DNA of 64,000 nt, from positions 1 to 64,000 of the IMG/VR virus record IMGVR_UViG_3300013426_000016; one strand, written 5' to 3'. Made by a program: the position numbers and the translations under genes. Shown here in pieces: positions 9,743-19,579 of the stretch. The stretch is from a virus. Lineage: Duplodnaviria; Caudoviricetes. A model generated the notes under the pieces. The model was given only the letters and a program-made list of their open reading frames with translations. It made no database searches and had not been told where the DNA came from. Position 1 is the stretch's first letter, and the number at the start of each line of letters is the position of its first letter.

Positions 9743-10392
9743 ATGTCGTAACTTGTATTGAATGCCTTGTTGAATGAGCCGTCACCTACTTGGACGTCGA
9801 TGTTCTCCAAGTCGTCAAGGGGATTGAAGTTCACCGCAACCACAGCGAGCTTGTCCGAATAGTTGGCCTTGAACGAGAATGACATCAAGTTCCGGTCGGG
9901 TTCGGACAGGCCGTTGAGAAGCAGGTCGCCCACGAAAAGGGAACGTATCGGAATCGGAGCATAGGCGTATCCGTCCCTCAAAGCGAGTATTTGGTTGTTG
10001 CTGTTGAAGAAATACACGCCCAAGTCCTTGATGCGTGTAAGGACTTTGAGGGCTTCTATTATCTCCTGCGGATAGCGTCTCAAGGCGAAAGACATCTTCA
10101 CGGGTTTTATCCCCATCACGAGTTCTATGCCGTCAAGGGTGTCGTTTCCTCCGCCAAAGGTGCGTTCGTCTCCGCCCTCCGAAGTCGGGGATTCCACGTA
10201 TGGGGTAATCGCGATTTTCGTGCTGTCAACAGCCGAAAGGAACTTCGTCCACGAAGCCTTGTCTGTTATGCAATTGTTTTTTTCGAACTTATTCCCGAGC
10301 CGTTGAAAGGCTATCTTCTGAACCTGCCCGTAGTTGACCTTACAATTGAGGTTCGGCAGGGACGGAATCACTTTTGGACAATCGAATACCAT
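9739..10392 (-). CDS. Tail tube-like protein, paralogue 2
   Basis: Aligns by eye along its length with 17022-17648 (GQVQKI.FQR, ITPYVE.PTS.GGD..T.GGGNDT). Confidence 0.55.
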   Translation of the reverse strand: MVFDCPKVIPSLPNLNCKVNYGQVQKIAFQRLGNKFEKNNCITDKASWTKFLSAVDSTKIAITPYVESPTSEGGDERTFGGGNDTLDGIELVMGIKPVKMSFALRRYPQEIIEALKVLTRIKDLGVYFFNSNNQILALRDGYAYAPIPIRSLFVGDLLLNGLSEPDRNLMSFSFKANYSDKLAVVAVNFNPLDDLENIDVQVGDGSFNKAFNTSYDI

Positions 10393-10404
10393 ATCTTTCT
10401 GTTT

Positions 10405-10956
10405 TTATTGTTCTATGCAAGGTATGTATGCTTCAATGTAGCCGTCAATCCTCAATCCTGCATACGGGGACATCAGATATTGGTTGTCGGTGTGCGCATA
10501 CGAATAATCCGAGAACACGTTCTGCGGTTTCTCATAAATCTTCGTTATGGCCATGTTCGAGAACCTCGTGGCCGCCAGAACGCCCAGAATTTGGCCCTTT
10601 ATCTCCTCTGTGTTGCGTTCATCGAGCGGCAGCGACACTTTCCTTGTGTCATACCATACAATGAGCGAAAAAGGGCTTTTAATGAGCATTTTGTTTTTTC
10701 CCATCTCCTGTGGGTCTCGAAGCGTGAAGAATGCGAAATTTCCCAGTTCCGCGCACGGCATTATCTGTTCGTATTTCCCCCGTCCACGATACAGGTTCGC
10801 AGAGGTGAACTTGCGCCCCTCCTTGATGTCGGTGAGGCTTTCGCATATCCCGAACACATGGTCGAGCCACGGCAGCGCGTCCGCCAAGGCTTTCTGTATC
10901 TTGTAGACCTCCTTGTCGAAGAGTTTCGGGTTTGTCCGTGTCACTATCCTATCCAT
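10405..10956 (-). CDS. Putative tail terminator/neck protein
   Basis: Size and position between head-closure genes and tail tube. Confidence 0.4.
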   Translation of the reverse strand: MDRIVTRTNPKLFDKEVYKIQKALADALPWLDHVFGICESLTDIKEGRKFTSANLYRGRGKYEQIMPCAELGNFAFFTLRDPQEMGKNKMLIKSPFSLIVWYDTRKVSLPLDERNTEEIKGQILGVLAATRFSNMAITKIYEKPQNVFSDYSYAHTDNQYLMSPYAGLRIDGYIEAYIPCIEQ

Positions 10957-11443
10957 AGATGTATGATTTCATCAATTCTACAATCTTTTCCGTCAGCAGG
11001 GGCTTGAGTTTTTCCATCGATGTCTCCGAAAGTCCGAATGCCGCCTCATATTTCCCCATAATCTGAACCGCATAGGCGGTGTCTCCTTTTATGAGCATGG
11101 AATCATCCGAGAACTCTACGCCTATCTCGGAATGGAAACGTCCATTGATGTACAGGTTCGGTGCGTCAGCGTTCCGCGATGCGCCGCTCGGATATGTCAG
11201 CCCGGCTTTCCACTGCGCATATCTCTGCGCCCCCTGCGGCGTGTTGAAATAACCGCCTCTCGACTTCAAATCCTCCGAATAGTAGGGGCGTATGTCCTGC
11301 CCGTTCCTGTCCGTGCCCGAGAACAACTGCTCCCGTTGCAGCGTGAGGACATCATCCCTGCGTTCTTCAAGAGAGACCCTTGCAAAGGCGTTCATCTGCC
11401 CCTGCAAGGATTCCATTTTGTCTATGAGGCCGTCAAGTGTCAT
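10949..11443 (-). CDS. Putative neck / tail-completion protein
   Basis: Likely start MTLDGL at 11443 (ATGA overlap with upstream gene); PNLYINGRFHS motif. Confidence 0.45.
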   Translation of the reverse strand: MTLDGLIDKMESLQGQMNAFARVSLEERRDDVLTLQREQLFSGTDRNGQDIRPYYSEDLKSRGGYFNTPQGAQRYAQWKAGLTYPSGASRNADAPNLYINGRFHSEIGVEFSDDSMLIKGDTAYAVQIMGKYEAAFGLSETSMEKLKPLLTEKIVELMKSYIYG

Positions 11444-12702
11444 ATCGACTTGTATCTCACCCCTTTGTTGTGGCATCCCATGCACACCGGGTCAAGGCCC
11501 TTGGTGTCCACGGCTATCGCCTTATATGCACGGTCGAGTTCCCCTTGAAGCCCCCGTATGCCTTGCCCGTTGCCGCTCACCTCGAAGAGGATGTCGTTGC
11601 GGTCTGCGTTGTACTGCACACGGTTCACCGCCACTTCGGGGTTCAGAGCCAAGGCCCTCAACGCGTCCGTGGCCACCTGCAACTGCACCACGTTTGCGAA
11701 GATGTCACTCTCCGCAAGTATCGTGTCCGTGATGTCGCAGGCCATGGTGACCATGAAGTTTAACCCGTAGTTATTGCAGTTCGTGTAGATGTTGTCCTCG
11801 ATGTCCCATAACTGGCCGTCCCAATCGCTGACCGCGACATAGAACGGGGAAATGGTCAGATACTGAAGCATAAGACGGTACAGCATCGCGTCCCCCTTGT
11901 TGCAAGTGCCGCACGGCTCGCGGCTCCAGTCGCGCCCGAAATTGATGCTCTGCATGTAGTCGGGCAGTTCCGCCTCGTTGTACACCACATACCAGCTGCC
12001 CCCGGCGTTTATCTTTTCGCTCACATAAGGCATCACCCAGCCCTCAAGGTCGAACCACATGAACGCGCCCTTTTCTGACGTGTATTCCACTTCTTTCACG
12101 GCTATCGGCTCGGGCTGAGAGGAATGGAAAAGATAGAGTTTGACCTTTCCGATGTTCCCCGTGAACTGCAATCCCACCTTGTTCAGCGTGGTCGTGATTC
12201 CGTTGGAGCGGAGAGGCACGAACTCGAATCCCACAAGACGGCCCTCGTTGGAGTTCCGTGCTTCAAGACGACCTGCACCGTCAAAGAGAGTGCGTCTGTC
12301 CACGAGGTTCTTCGTTTCCATGTCCGACATCTTGTCCCCCACGAAACGTGCGAGCAGCCGCTTGATTCCGCCCTCCGTGATGCTTTTCAGATAGTCATCG
12401 AGCAAGTCGTAGTCCGCCCACGCGGAATTGTCCGTCAAAGGGGCTGTATTCGCGTCCGAAAGGCTCTCGTAGGCCAATCCTCCGTGGGAAACCTTGTCGC
12501 CCTTGGAATAGGTCTTTTCCGCGTCATATTCGGGGTATTTCGAAGCGAGGTTCTCCGGCATGATGCCGCGCATGGCCCTGCATGTTAGCATCGGGTGCGC
12601 TTCCTCGAAATAGAGGCCGCTGTCGGAACGGGTGAGCGTGGCACTGTCCCTCCATCCGACGAGGGTGGAGAAACGGTCAAGTATGTCCTTAAGTCTGTAC
12701 AT
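11440..12702 (-). CDS. Head-tail adaptor / structural protein with CBM-like insert
   Basis: First gene after the capsid; insert YDAEKTYSKGDKVSHGGLAYES. Confidence 0.5.
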   Translation of the reverse strand: MYRLKDILDRFSTLVGWRDSATLTRSDSGLYFEEAHPMLTCRAMRGIMPENLASKYPEYDAEKTYSKGDKVSHGGLAYESLSDANTAPLTDNSAWADYDLLDDYLKSITEGGIKRLLARFVGDKMSDMETKNLVDRRTLFDGAGRLEARNSNEGRLVGFEFVPLRSNGITTTLNKVGLQFTGNIGKVKLYLFHSSQPEPIAVKEVEYTSEKGAFMWFDLEGWVMPYVSEKINAGGSWYVVYNEAELPDYMQSINFGRDWSREPCGTCNKGDAMLYRLMLQYLTISPFYVAVSDWDGQLWDIEDNIYTNCNNYGLNFMVTMACDITDTILAESDIFANVVQLQVATDALRALALNPEVAVNRVQYNADRNDILFEVSGNGQGIRGLQGELDRAYKAIAVDTKGLDPVCMGCHNKGVRYKSI

Positions 12703-12716
12703 GTGACAAAGATAAT

Positions 12717-12750
12717 AAAAAGGGGGTGAAAGAAAATCCCTCCACCCCCT
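12717..12750 (-). terminator. Intrinsic terminator after the major capsid gene
   Basis: agggggtg/caccccct stem with A-run (U-tract on the minus strand). Confidence 0.6.
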
Positions 12751-12771
12751 AATCTTTATATTCTTAACCGA

Positions 12772-13878
12772 TTAGGCCACTGCCTTGGTGTTCACCGGAT
12801 TCTCCGCAGAGTTGACTACGACAACAGGGTTCGCATAGGTGTCACCCTTGGCCACTGCCACGGCGGCGACAGGGTTCGCCCTTGTGGCGAGGTCGGAGTT
12901 GTATGCGGTCACGAACGCCACATCGACGCTGAACCCGTAGTACTCTTTCTTGGTGCAGGTGAGGTCTGCGGTAGCGTCTCCGCCGATGGCCTTGAAGTCA
13001 CCCACGGCCTCGTAGTAGTGGAGACCCACCGGAATGTCGATATACGGCATGGTCACGATGTCCCACTCATGGCCGACCTTGGAAGTCGTGCCCATGGCGG
13101 CATCGCGGTCATAACGGAAGAGGATGTCCACATTTCCGTCCTCGACAGCGTAGAATGTCGCGTACTTGCCTGCCTCGTTGGTCACGCGGTTGGAGAAATG
13201 GAACTCCTTTCCGGCCCATTCGAGACGCTTGTCCACGATGTTGGCCTCGCCTTTCTCCATGAGTTTGTTCAGAAGAGAACGGACGCCGTTGTTGCCGATG
13301 ATGTGGACGCGACCGTAGAAGTCGTTTGCGTTCATAATCGGCTCGATGTCGGAGAGGATGTCCTCCCTTGAATCCCATGGCACGCCGATTACGTCATCCG
13401 CCTCGGTATAGATGAGGGTGTCGGCAAACACCTGCGACTTGGCTGCGGAAAGCGCGGTCACGGCTGCGCTGTCAAGTGCAGCACCAAGCACACGGGCACA
13501 CTTCAGATACTTCTTGGTGATGTCCGTCTGCTTGTCAATCTCGTTGTTGGAGTACATCGCAGGGACTACGGTGAAACCTACGGAGTAGGTCACGAAAGTG
13601 ACGGTGGCGAGAGCGGAAGTGTTCTCCGCGTCAGCCACGGTGCAGGAACGGGCGTTGGACACTGCAATGGTTCCGTCATACTTGATGACGGGCATCTTGA
13701 GGGTCTTGCCCATGGAATCGATGGCGGCTTTCTTCATTGATTCAGTCAGAAGCGGATTGGACTTGCTCTGCTGGAGGAAGAAATCGAGTGCGCCATACTC
13801 GCTCAGACGGCTCTCGTTCTTGTCGTAACGGTCGTTCCTGATGCGAATGTCGTTAAGTACGGTTGCTGCTAAACTCAT
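12772..13878 (-). CDS. Major capsid protein
   Basis: 368 aa, follows portal and scaffold, followed by a terminator; MSL.AT... N-terminus like Bacteroides siphovirus head proteins. Confidence 0.75.
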   Translation of the reverse strand: MSLAATVLNDIRIRNDRYDKNESRLSEYGALDFFLQQSKSNPLLTESMKKAAIDSMGKTLKMPVIKYDGTIAVSNARSCTVADAENTSALATVTFVTYSVGFTVVPAMYSNNEIDKQTDITKKYLKCARVLGAALDSAAVTALSAAKSQVFADTLIYTEADDVIGVPWDSREDILSDIEPIMNANDFYGRVHIIGNNGVRSLLNKLMEKGEANIVDKRLEWAGKEFHFSNRVTNEAGKYATFYAVEDGNVDILFRYDRDAAMGTTSKVGHEWDIVTMPYIDIPVGLHYYEAVGDFKAIGGDATADLTCTKKEYYGFSVDVAFVTAYNSDLATRANPVAAVAVAKGDTYANPVVVVNSAENPVNTKAVA

Positions 13879-13912
13879 AACTTTTTGGTTTTTTATTGTT
13901 TATGGTTCGTAT

Positions 13913-13927
13913 GGCTTACCCTTTGCC
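13913..13927 (-). promoter_or_regulatory. Leader hairpin GGC-AAAGGGTAA-GCC upstream of capsid gene
   Basis: Same loop as at 3330 and 17687. Confidence 0.5.
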
Positions 13928-14829
13928 TACTTGGTCAGTGGGAGTTCATCAATGTTGTTGTCCGCCCAAAGTTTGTCATATTCATCCTTGAAGCGTAAAT
14001 CGGTCTTGGATATGCCCTTGTCGAAAAGCATCTTGTTGATTATCTCGGTCGCCTCGGCCTTGGTGGTCGCTCCAAGATGAGTGCCGTTGTCAATCTTCGC
14101 CTGCTTTCCGCCTGCGCCCTTTGCATTGGGCATCTCCAAGATGTCCATTGATGCGAACTCCTTGGTCAGAAGTTCCCGTGCGGTGTAAGGGTTGAGAGCG
14201 TTCTCCGCATTGTTCAGCGGCGCGCCGTTCTCGTCATGGAAAATTAGCCTTTCTTTTCCGTCCCTTTCCTCGAAAACGGGGTTCTTGGCCTTTATGTTCG
14301 CTATCGCCTGCGCCTTGAGGGTGGATAGAACCGCATCGTTGTATCCCGATTTCAGTTTCACCCCGTCAAGAGCACGGGCAATCTCGTTGTCTATCTTATA
14401 GTCGTTCAAGGCCTTTGTGTATTTGGCCTTTTCAGTGTCAAACGCGTCCTTGAGTGCGGAGAACTGCGTCTTGGTCGAAGCAAGCTCCTTTGTGGCATTC
14501 TCCAGCTGCGTCTTCAACGCGCCGTCTCCGCCCTTGGCTATCTGAGCCTCAAGTTCGGTGACCTTGTTCTTCAACTCATCATGGTCGGCATATCTGCCTG
14601 CGAACTCTTTCGCCGCCCTTTCAAGATACAGATAGGTCTTCTCGTCACCCTGCCGCTTGATGCCCGTGGCTTTCTCGATGGTCGCATCCATCTGGCGGTA
14701 GACTTCCCCGAACTTTGAACCAATCACCGCCGCCTCATCGTTTTCCGACAATGTAGTTATGGCGGTTATCTGCTCATCGGTCAATCCTTTGAGGGATTCA
14801 TTGGCGACTATGGTCTCTCTGCTCAGCAT
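13927..14829 (-). CDS. Capsid scaffolding protein
   Basis: Coiled-coil, Lys/Glu-rich, Gly linker near C-terminus, directly upstream of capsid. Confidence 0.65.
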   Translation of the reverse strand: MLSRETIVANESLKGLTDEQITAITTLSENDEAAVIGSKFGEVYRQMDATIEKATGIKRQGDEKTYLYLERAAKEFAGRYADHDELKNKVTELEAQIAKGGDGALKTQLENATKELASTKTQFSALKDAFDTEKAKYTKALNDYKIDNEIARALDGVKLKSGYNDAVLSTLKAQAIANIKAKNPVFEERDGKERLIFHDENGAPLNNAENALNPYTARELLTKEFASMDILEMPNAKGAGGKQAKIDNGTHLGATTKAEATEIINKMLFDKGISKTDLRFKDEYDKLWADNNIDELPLTK

Positions 14830-14830
14830 G

Positions 14831-15193
14831 CTATGCCTCCTTTTTTGGGCGTCCGACTTTCACCTCCGGCTTTGTCGCCTCCGCAAGTTCCTGCTTCAGA
14901 CGCGCAATCTCCGCGTCTTTCGCCGCGAGGTCTTCCTCCCTGCTCGTGATGCGCACGTTGGTGTAACGCCCGTTGGGATGATAGAGGATTTCAACCGAAT
15001 ACCCCATCGCCTCAAGGTTCACCTTGTCCATCGTGTCAAACGACTTCACCCCGAAATGGAGAAGCCTCGGCTTCTCATAGAAGTTGCCGTTCTCATCCAA
15101 CTTGGCCACCTTGCAATGGACGCTTTGTTCCTGCCCCTTTGGAACTTCGTAGTTTTCTCTATGTAAGAGAAGGGACTGTCCGTTGTTTTGCAT
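14831..15193 (-). CDS. Hypothetical head-module protein
   Basis: 120 aa, coiled-coil C-terminus ending GRPKK. Confidence 0.5.
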   Translation of the reverse strand: MQNNGQSLLLHRENYEVPKGQEQSVHCKVAKLDENGNFYEKPRLLHFGVKSFDTMDKVNLEAMGYSVEILYHPNGRYTNVRITSREEDLAAKDAEIARLKQELAEATKPEVKVGRPKKEA

Positions 15194-16877
15194 AACTCAA
15201 TAACGTATTATAGATGTTCTTTATCTTCTCCGAATACGGGATGCTTGTCCCGAACTCAAGAATGTTGTCGTTCTCCCGTTCGAACCTGTCGATAAAACTC
15301 ATGAAGTCTGTCTTCAGTACTGCCACCTCGTCCGGCACAAGACCGTCAGCCCTCATCCTCTGCACTTGGTCGAAAGTCTTGTGACGCAACGGCTCCAAAT
15401 CGTCAAGGATTATCATCCTCTGCAACATGGTAGGGTTGTGCCGGTACTGCGTCTCAATCAACTGCTGTCGGATGGCATCCAGTTCGGCTTCGCTCGCGCC
15501 GTTCTGCTTCGCATTGGCGTAACGGGCTTGCAGCACCTCGGGCGTGAGGGTGTAGAACTCGTTTCCGTAGTTCACATTCGCGCTTATGAATGCGCTGCCA
15601 TAGCGGAGACGGCAACAAGTGGCATCATGCCACTCCTGTATCTCCTCGAACCCTTTCTTGATGCGGTTAAGGACCGAATCCTTGCTCTCGAAAGTCGCGT
15701 CCACCTGCTTGTCGGCAAGAGAGGTCTCGTTGAGTATGGTGTTGTCCACGCCCACACATCCGTTGATGATGTTGACTTCAAGCCTTTCAAGTTCCCCGAT
15801 GTTGTAATCGAGACTTTTCCTGTCTATCGTGGTTATGTCCACGGGGTTGCGCAGGTCGGGTTGCCCCTCGGCAGGGATAGGGACGCTTATGAATGAGCCT
15901 GCGCCTGCAAGCTGCTTCTTGCCGTGGCACAACGGGCACGGCACAAGATTCCCCATGGAATCCGTAAGGTACGTCCCGTCCGGCTTCTGAAGATGTCCCT
16001 TGTGGCACACGTCCCCGTCCTTGTCCATGTAGTCACATTCCTCCTCGTATGCGCTGTATATAGGATAACTTGCATACGTGTCAAGATGCTTCACGCCAAG
16101 GCTCTTGAACAGATACCAATCAAGGTCAGACAGTTTCTTGCTCAAAGGACTTTCCTTGACATCCGGGCATCCGAGGGACAACGGCTCGTTCCAAAGGAAT
16201 TTCGCAGGGCAGTAGCCCAGCCCGTGCGCATTGTCCGACAGCATCATCCCCAAGCGTCCGTCTTCCGATGCAAACGTGCGGTATGAGAAGTCGTCTATGA
16301 CGATTATCCTGCCGCCGTTCCGGTAGATAATCCAGTCCATGCATTTGTTCCTGTCGTTGACCGCATAAGAAATGACATCCCCTATCGGTACGAAATAGGA
16401 ATAAGGCTGCGGATATTTGTCTGTCGGGTCGGGATTCGCAGGCATGTCCACGACAAGGACGGAATTGATTTCAGTCTGGAAGAACCTCCAAGCCTTTTGC
16501 GACCACAAATTAGGCTCGTCAAGAACTTCCTGCCTATACCACTCCCAGTCGTCTCTTTCCCCCGTATTGTGGAACTGATAGTTGAATGCCGGGTTCCGTC
16601 CGTCAAACAACTTCGACAGCTTCACGAATATCGACTTCGTTATCGAGTTTGTCGGCAAAGGGAACTTGAGGTTGTTCATCGTGGTGAGGAACTTGTCTTC
16701 CGGCAACTGGCTGCGGACAAAAAGGACAAACTTGCGGAAAGGGACGCTGTTTATCACATCAAGATTGGTGTCCGCATGGAGTTTTATCCAATCTTGATGC
16801 GCTATCGCTTTCTGTATCTCCGGCCGCTTACTCGGCTGAAGTACCTCCCTTTCTATTTCTGATTGTCCTAAAGCCAT
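15159..16877 (-). CDS. Portal protein
   Basis: 572 aa upstream of scaffold/capsid; HGLGYCPA motif and a Cys-rich insert (C..G...CPLC) as in Bacteroidota phage portals. Confidence 0.75.
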   Translation of the reverse strand: MALGQSEIEREVLQPSKRPEIQKAIAHQDWIKLHADTNLDVINSVPFRKFVLFVRSQLPEDKFLTTMNNLKFPLPTNSITKSIFVKLSKLFDGRNPAFNYQFHNTGERDDWEWYRQEVLDEPNLWSQKAWRFFQTEINSVLVVDMPANPDPTDKYPQPYSYFVPIGDVISYAVNDRNKCMDWIIYRNGGRIIVIDDFSYRTFASEDGRLGMMLSDNAHGLGYCPAKFLWNEPLSLGCPDVKESPLSKKLSDLDWYLFKSLGVKHLDTYASYPIYSAYEEECDYMDKDGDVCHKGHLQKPDGTYLTDSMGNLVPCPLCHGKKQLAGAGSFISVPIPAEGQPDLRNPVDITTIDRKSLDYNIGELERLEVNIINGCVGVDNTILNETSLADKQVDATFESKDSVLNRIKKGFEEIQEWHDATCCRLRYGSAFISANVNYGNEFYTLTPEVLQARYANAKQNGASEAELDAIRQQLIETQYRHNPTMLQRMIILDDLEPLRHKTFDQVQRMRADGLVPDEVAVLKTDFMSFIDRFERENDNILEFGTSIPYSEKIKNIYNTLLSYAKQRTVPSLT

Positions 16878-17022
16878 TTTCCGTCAGTTCCTTATTCTCG
16901 TCATCCGCTATGCGCCAACCCCCGTTGTTCGGCATCCTCAACAGCCTTTCAGCGTGTTCCACTCCGAAGACTTCGATGCGGTCGCCCACTTGCAGCCGCA
17001 CCGTGGACACCTTTGCGCCCAT
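16828..17022 (-). CDS. Small hypothetical protein
   Basis: 64 aa, HAERLLRMPNNGGW; coupled to both neighbours. Confidence 0.55.
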   Translation of the reverse strand: MGAKVSTVRLQVGDRIEVFGVEHAERLLRMPNNGGWRIADDENKELTENGFRTIRNRKGGTSAE

Positions 17023-17648
17023 TATGCGTTGGCAAGGTCGGTGAGTGGGTTGAACTCCGGTGTCACGATTTCAGCGTCATCGCTCCAGTTCGGCTTGAAC
17101 GCGAATGAAAGGGCATTCTCATCCGGTGATTCAAGTCCCATGAGCTTGAGGTCTCCCACGAAGAGGTTGTCTATCGGAATCGGCATGTATGCGCCGGACG
17201 CGCTGCCCTTGATGGCCATGATTTGGCCGTCACCGTTCACGAGGTATACGCCCAAGGTCTCGCACATGAGGCTCTTGAGGGCCTTGATGACATCCTGCGT
17301 CACCTGCCGGAGCGAGAATGTCATGGTGACGGGGTTGCGCCCTATGGTCTTGGTCACGCCGCCTACAGTGTCGTTGCCGCCTCCATAGGTGATGGCATCT
17401 CCGCCATCGGAGGTAGGGGCTTCAACATAAGGGGTGATGACGGCCTTTGTGCCGTCATTCGCGGACATGAGGGGTGTCCATGACGCAAGTTTGGTAATCG
17501 CTGCGACTGAGGTGAACTGGTTCTTGGTAGTTCCGGACTTGAACACGCGCTGGAAGATAATCTTCTGCACCTGACCGAAGTCTGACGGGCAGGTGGAGTT
17601 CGGTACACTTGGCAAAGAAGTTCCGACCGGACAAGTACAAATGCTCAT
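17022..17648 (-). CDS. Major tail tube-like protein, paralogue 1
   Basis: Start MSICTCP at 17648 with an A-rich leader matching the capsid leader; paralogous to 9739-10392. Confidence 0.6.
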   Translation of the reverse strand: MSICTCPVGTSLPSVPNSTCPSDFGQVQKIIFQRVFKSGTTKNQFTSVAAITKLASWTPLMSANDGTKAVITPYVEAPTSDGGDAITYGGGNDTVGGVTKTIGRNPVTMTFSLRQVTQDVIKALKSLMCETLGVYLVNGDGQIMAIKGSASGAYMPIPIDNLFVGDLKLMGLESPDENALSFAFKPNWSDDAEIVTPEFNPLTDLANA

Positions 17649-17686
17649 AACTTTTTCTTTTTTGTTAGTTTTCTTTTGCTGTCTAC

Positions 17687-17721
17687 GGCTAACCCTTTGC
17701 CCAGATGACAATGCAAATATA
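17687..17721 (-). promoter_or_regulatory. Late-operon promoter (TATATTTG 17714-17721) plus leader hairpin GGC-AAAGGGTTA-GCC
   Basis: TAnnTTTG consensus at the head of the minus-strand operon; conserved loop. Confidence 0.6.
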
Positions 17722-17803
17722 AAACTTTTTCAACAAAACAAACACCATAACGTATTTTTATTCTTTTTTTTAGCCCCTACCTTTGTCGAAAAACATTGAA
17801 GAC

Positions 17804-17926
17804 ATGGAACTGCTGTTGACTATCCTTTATTACATCGTCGGCCTCGTGCTGACTTTCGCCTGCATAATATGGGAGGCATACAAAAAGTGCGAAAAAGACG
17901 GAAAAAATTTGCGGAAAAGAAAATAA
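17804..17926 (+). CDS. 40-aa single-TM peptide
   Basis: MELLLTILYYIVGLVLTFACIIWEAYKKCEKDGKNLRKRK, downstream of a TACCTTTG box. Confidence 0.4.
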   Translation: MELLLTILYYIVGLVLTFACIIWEAYKKCEKDGKNLRKRK

Positions 17927-18033
17927 TTACTATCTTTGTGTTCGGGAAATGCGGAACGTTCCAGAAATATAACGCTCTTTCGGGAGTGCCAATAAGCCCT
18001 GGGAAAGTTCCGCTTCCCGGGACTTATTTTTTT

Positions 18034-18759
18034 ATGTACATTAAGGTAGACATACAGCTTGCACAGAAGCATATCCGGAACAAGGACGCGTTTGACGCTT
18101 TCTGTTTGGCCGTGCTTTTCAAGGCCCGATATGGCAACTCCTTAATCTACAAGCACACCGCCCGGGAGATGAAATCCATCACCCATCTCGGGACGGACAA
18201 AATCAAACGGTGCATCAGAAACGGCTTCAAACTGAACCTCTACTCCGAAGAGCGCGGACGTATCCGTGTGCGGAAAGTGCATTTCGGGAACTACCGTTTC
18301 ATCCGCATAAGGAAAGATTCCACGTTCAAGGAAATTGTGGCCGCCCTCCGCGAGGGGCTGATTCTCAATAGGGCAAGCCAAGCCCGGTTCGTCAAAGATA
18401 TAATTGATAAGGCAAGCATTCCTGACAGGCCTCTCTCCAAGAAGGAGATGAAAGCCTATAAGGAGTGTCGCAGTTATGTGTACGGAGACAAAACCGGACT
18501 CGGGACTATGACGAAGAAGTCAATAGCGAAAATGGTCAGTATGTCGAAATCCTCCGCAGACAACATCATCCGGAGGATGAAGTCGAAACGGCTCATAACA
18601 GTCCGCCCGTGTATCGTCCCTTTGGAGGGGGAATACGCCGGGCGCGTGTCTCTCGCCGATTTGAACCTCTATGAGGATGCGTGGTATGTCACAAGGTGCG
18701 GCCACTCACTCTTCCGCCAATTGGGGAATTATTATTTGCCTACTTTCGATGTCAAATAG
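18034..18759 (+). CDS. Basic, putative DNA-binding (winged-HTH/initiator-like) protein
   Basis: Likely start MYIKVD at 18034, after a TATCTTTG box (17931) and an inverted-repeat leader; HTH-like KSIAKMVSMSKSSADNIIRRMK. Confidence 0.5.
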   Translation: MYIKVDIQLAQKHIRNKDAFDAFCLAVLFKARYGNSLIYKHTAREMKSITHLGTDKIKRCIRNGFKLNLYSEERGRIRVRKVHFGNYRFIRIRKDSTFKEIVAALREGLILNRASQARFVKDIIDKASIPDRPLSKKEMKAYKECRSYVYGDKTGLGTMTKKSIAKMVSMSKSSADNIIRRMKSKRLITVRPCIVPLEGEYAGRVSLADLNLYEDAWYVTRCGHSLFRQLGNYYLPTFDVK

Positions 18760-18812
18760 TGTGTTCCCAAAATTGTACCCTTAATTTATAAGGCTGACTA
18801 AGCACAAATATT

Positions 18813-19415
18813 ATGGCTAATAAGCATCATTCAACCCCGAAAATCCAAGATTTCGTCAAAAGCGACTACGAAATCTACACTGACGGCGGCTATTCCATGT
18901 CTCACGACAGAGGGGGATACGCCTATGTCATCTTGAAAGACGGGGAAATATGGAAAAAGGCCGCTTTCCCTATCGAGCATGAGACAAATAATCGGGGAGA
19001 GCTGAAAGCTATACTCGCGGCTGTGCAGGAACTGCCGGAAAATTCTTCCGCCGACATCTGCTCCGACAGCCAATATGCCTTGGGTGTCCTCGGGAATAAA
19101 AATTGGACACCGAAAGCCAATCTCGACATCATAGACGACTTCAAGTATGTAGTCTTCGAGAAACGCATCAAAGTACATTTCACATGGGTGCGTGGCCATA
19201 GCGGCAACCAATGGAATGAAATGTGCGACAGGATGTGCGATGAAGTGGCAGGCATGGACTTGAACGCGGAATACAGGAAGAAAGAGAGGCCTATGGAGAA
19301 GCACCGCAAGCCGTTGAGGAAGTACGATGACTTGGAACTCGTTGGACTATACTATGCGGTGACGCGGGAAATGAGGAACAGGGGGATATGCACCGAGGAG
19401 AATGATAAGGATTAG
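18813..19415 (+). CDS. rnhA: Ribonuclease HI
   Basis: IYTDGG, TNNRGEL, SDSQY, WVRGHSG, NEMCD catalytic motifs; Trp encoded by TGG. Confidence 0.92.
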   Translation: MANKHHSTPKIQDFVKSDYEIYTDGGYSMSHDRGGYAYVILKDGEIWKKAAFPIEHETNNRGELKAILAAVQELPENSSADICSDSQYALGVLGNKNWTPKANLDIIDDFKYVVFEKRIKVHFTWVRGHSGNQWNEMCDRMCDEVAGMDLNAEYRKKERPMEKHRKPLRKYDDLELVGLYYAVTREMRNRGICTEENDKD

Positions 19416-19579
19416 CTAAATCAAGTCGATATGGTCAATGAAAAGGTTTTTGCGGCCAAAATAGCCGCTTTCTTCAACTCTCTAACCCCGGAGGAGGCCA
19501 TTGCCCTGCGGAGGTTCACGATGTCGCGGAAATGGGCCGCGTTCTTCGAATCAAGGATAAACAACAAAAAGATAGAGTT

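Noticed and set aside
61-17800. Numerous plus-strand ORFs (e.g. 544-1137, 4567-5763, 9991-11007)
   Set aside because: Antisense shadows of the GC-rich minus-strand structural genes; no motifs
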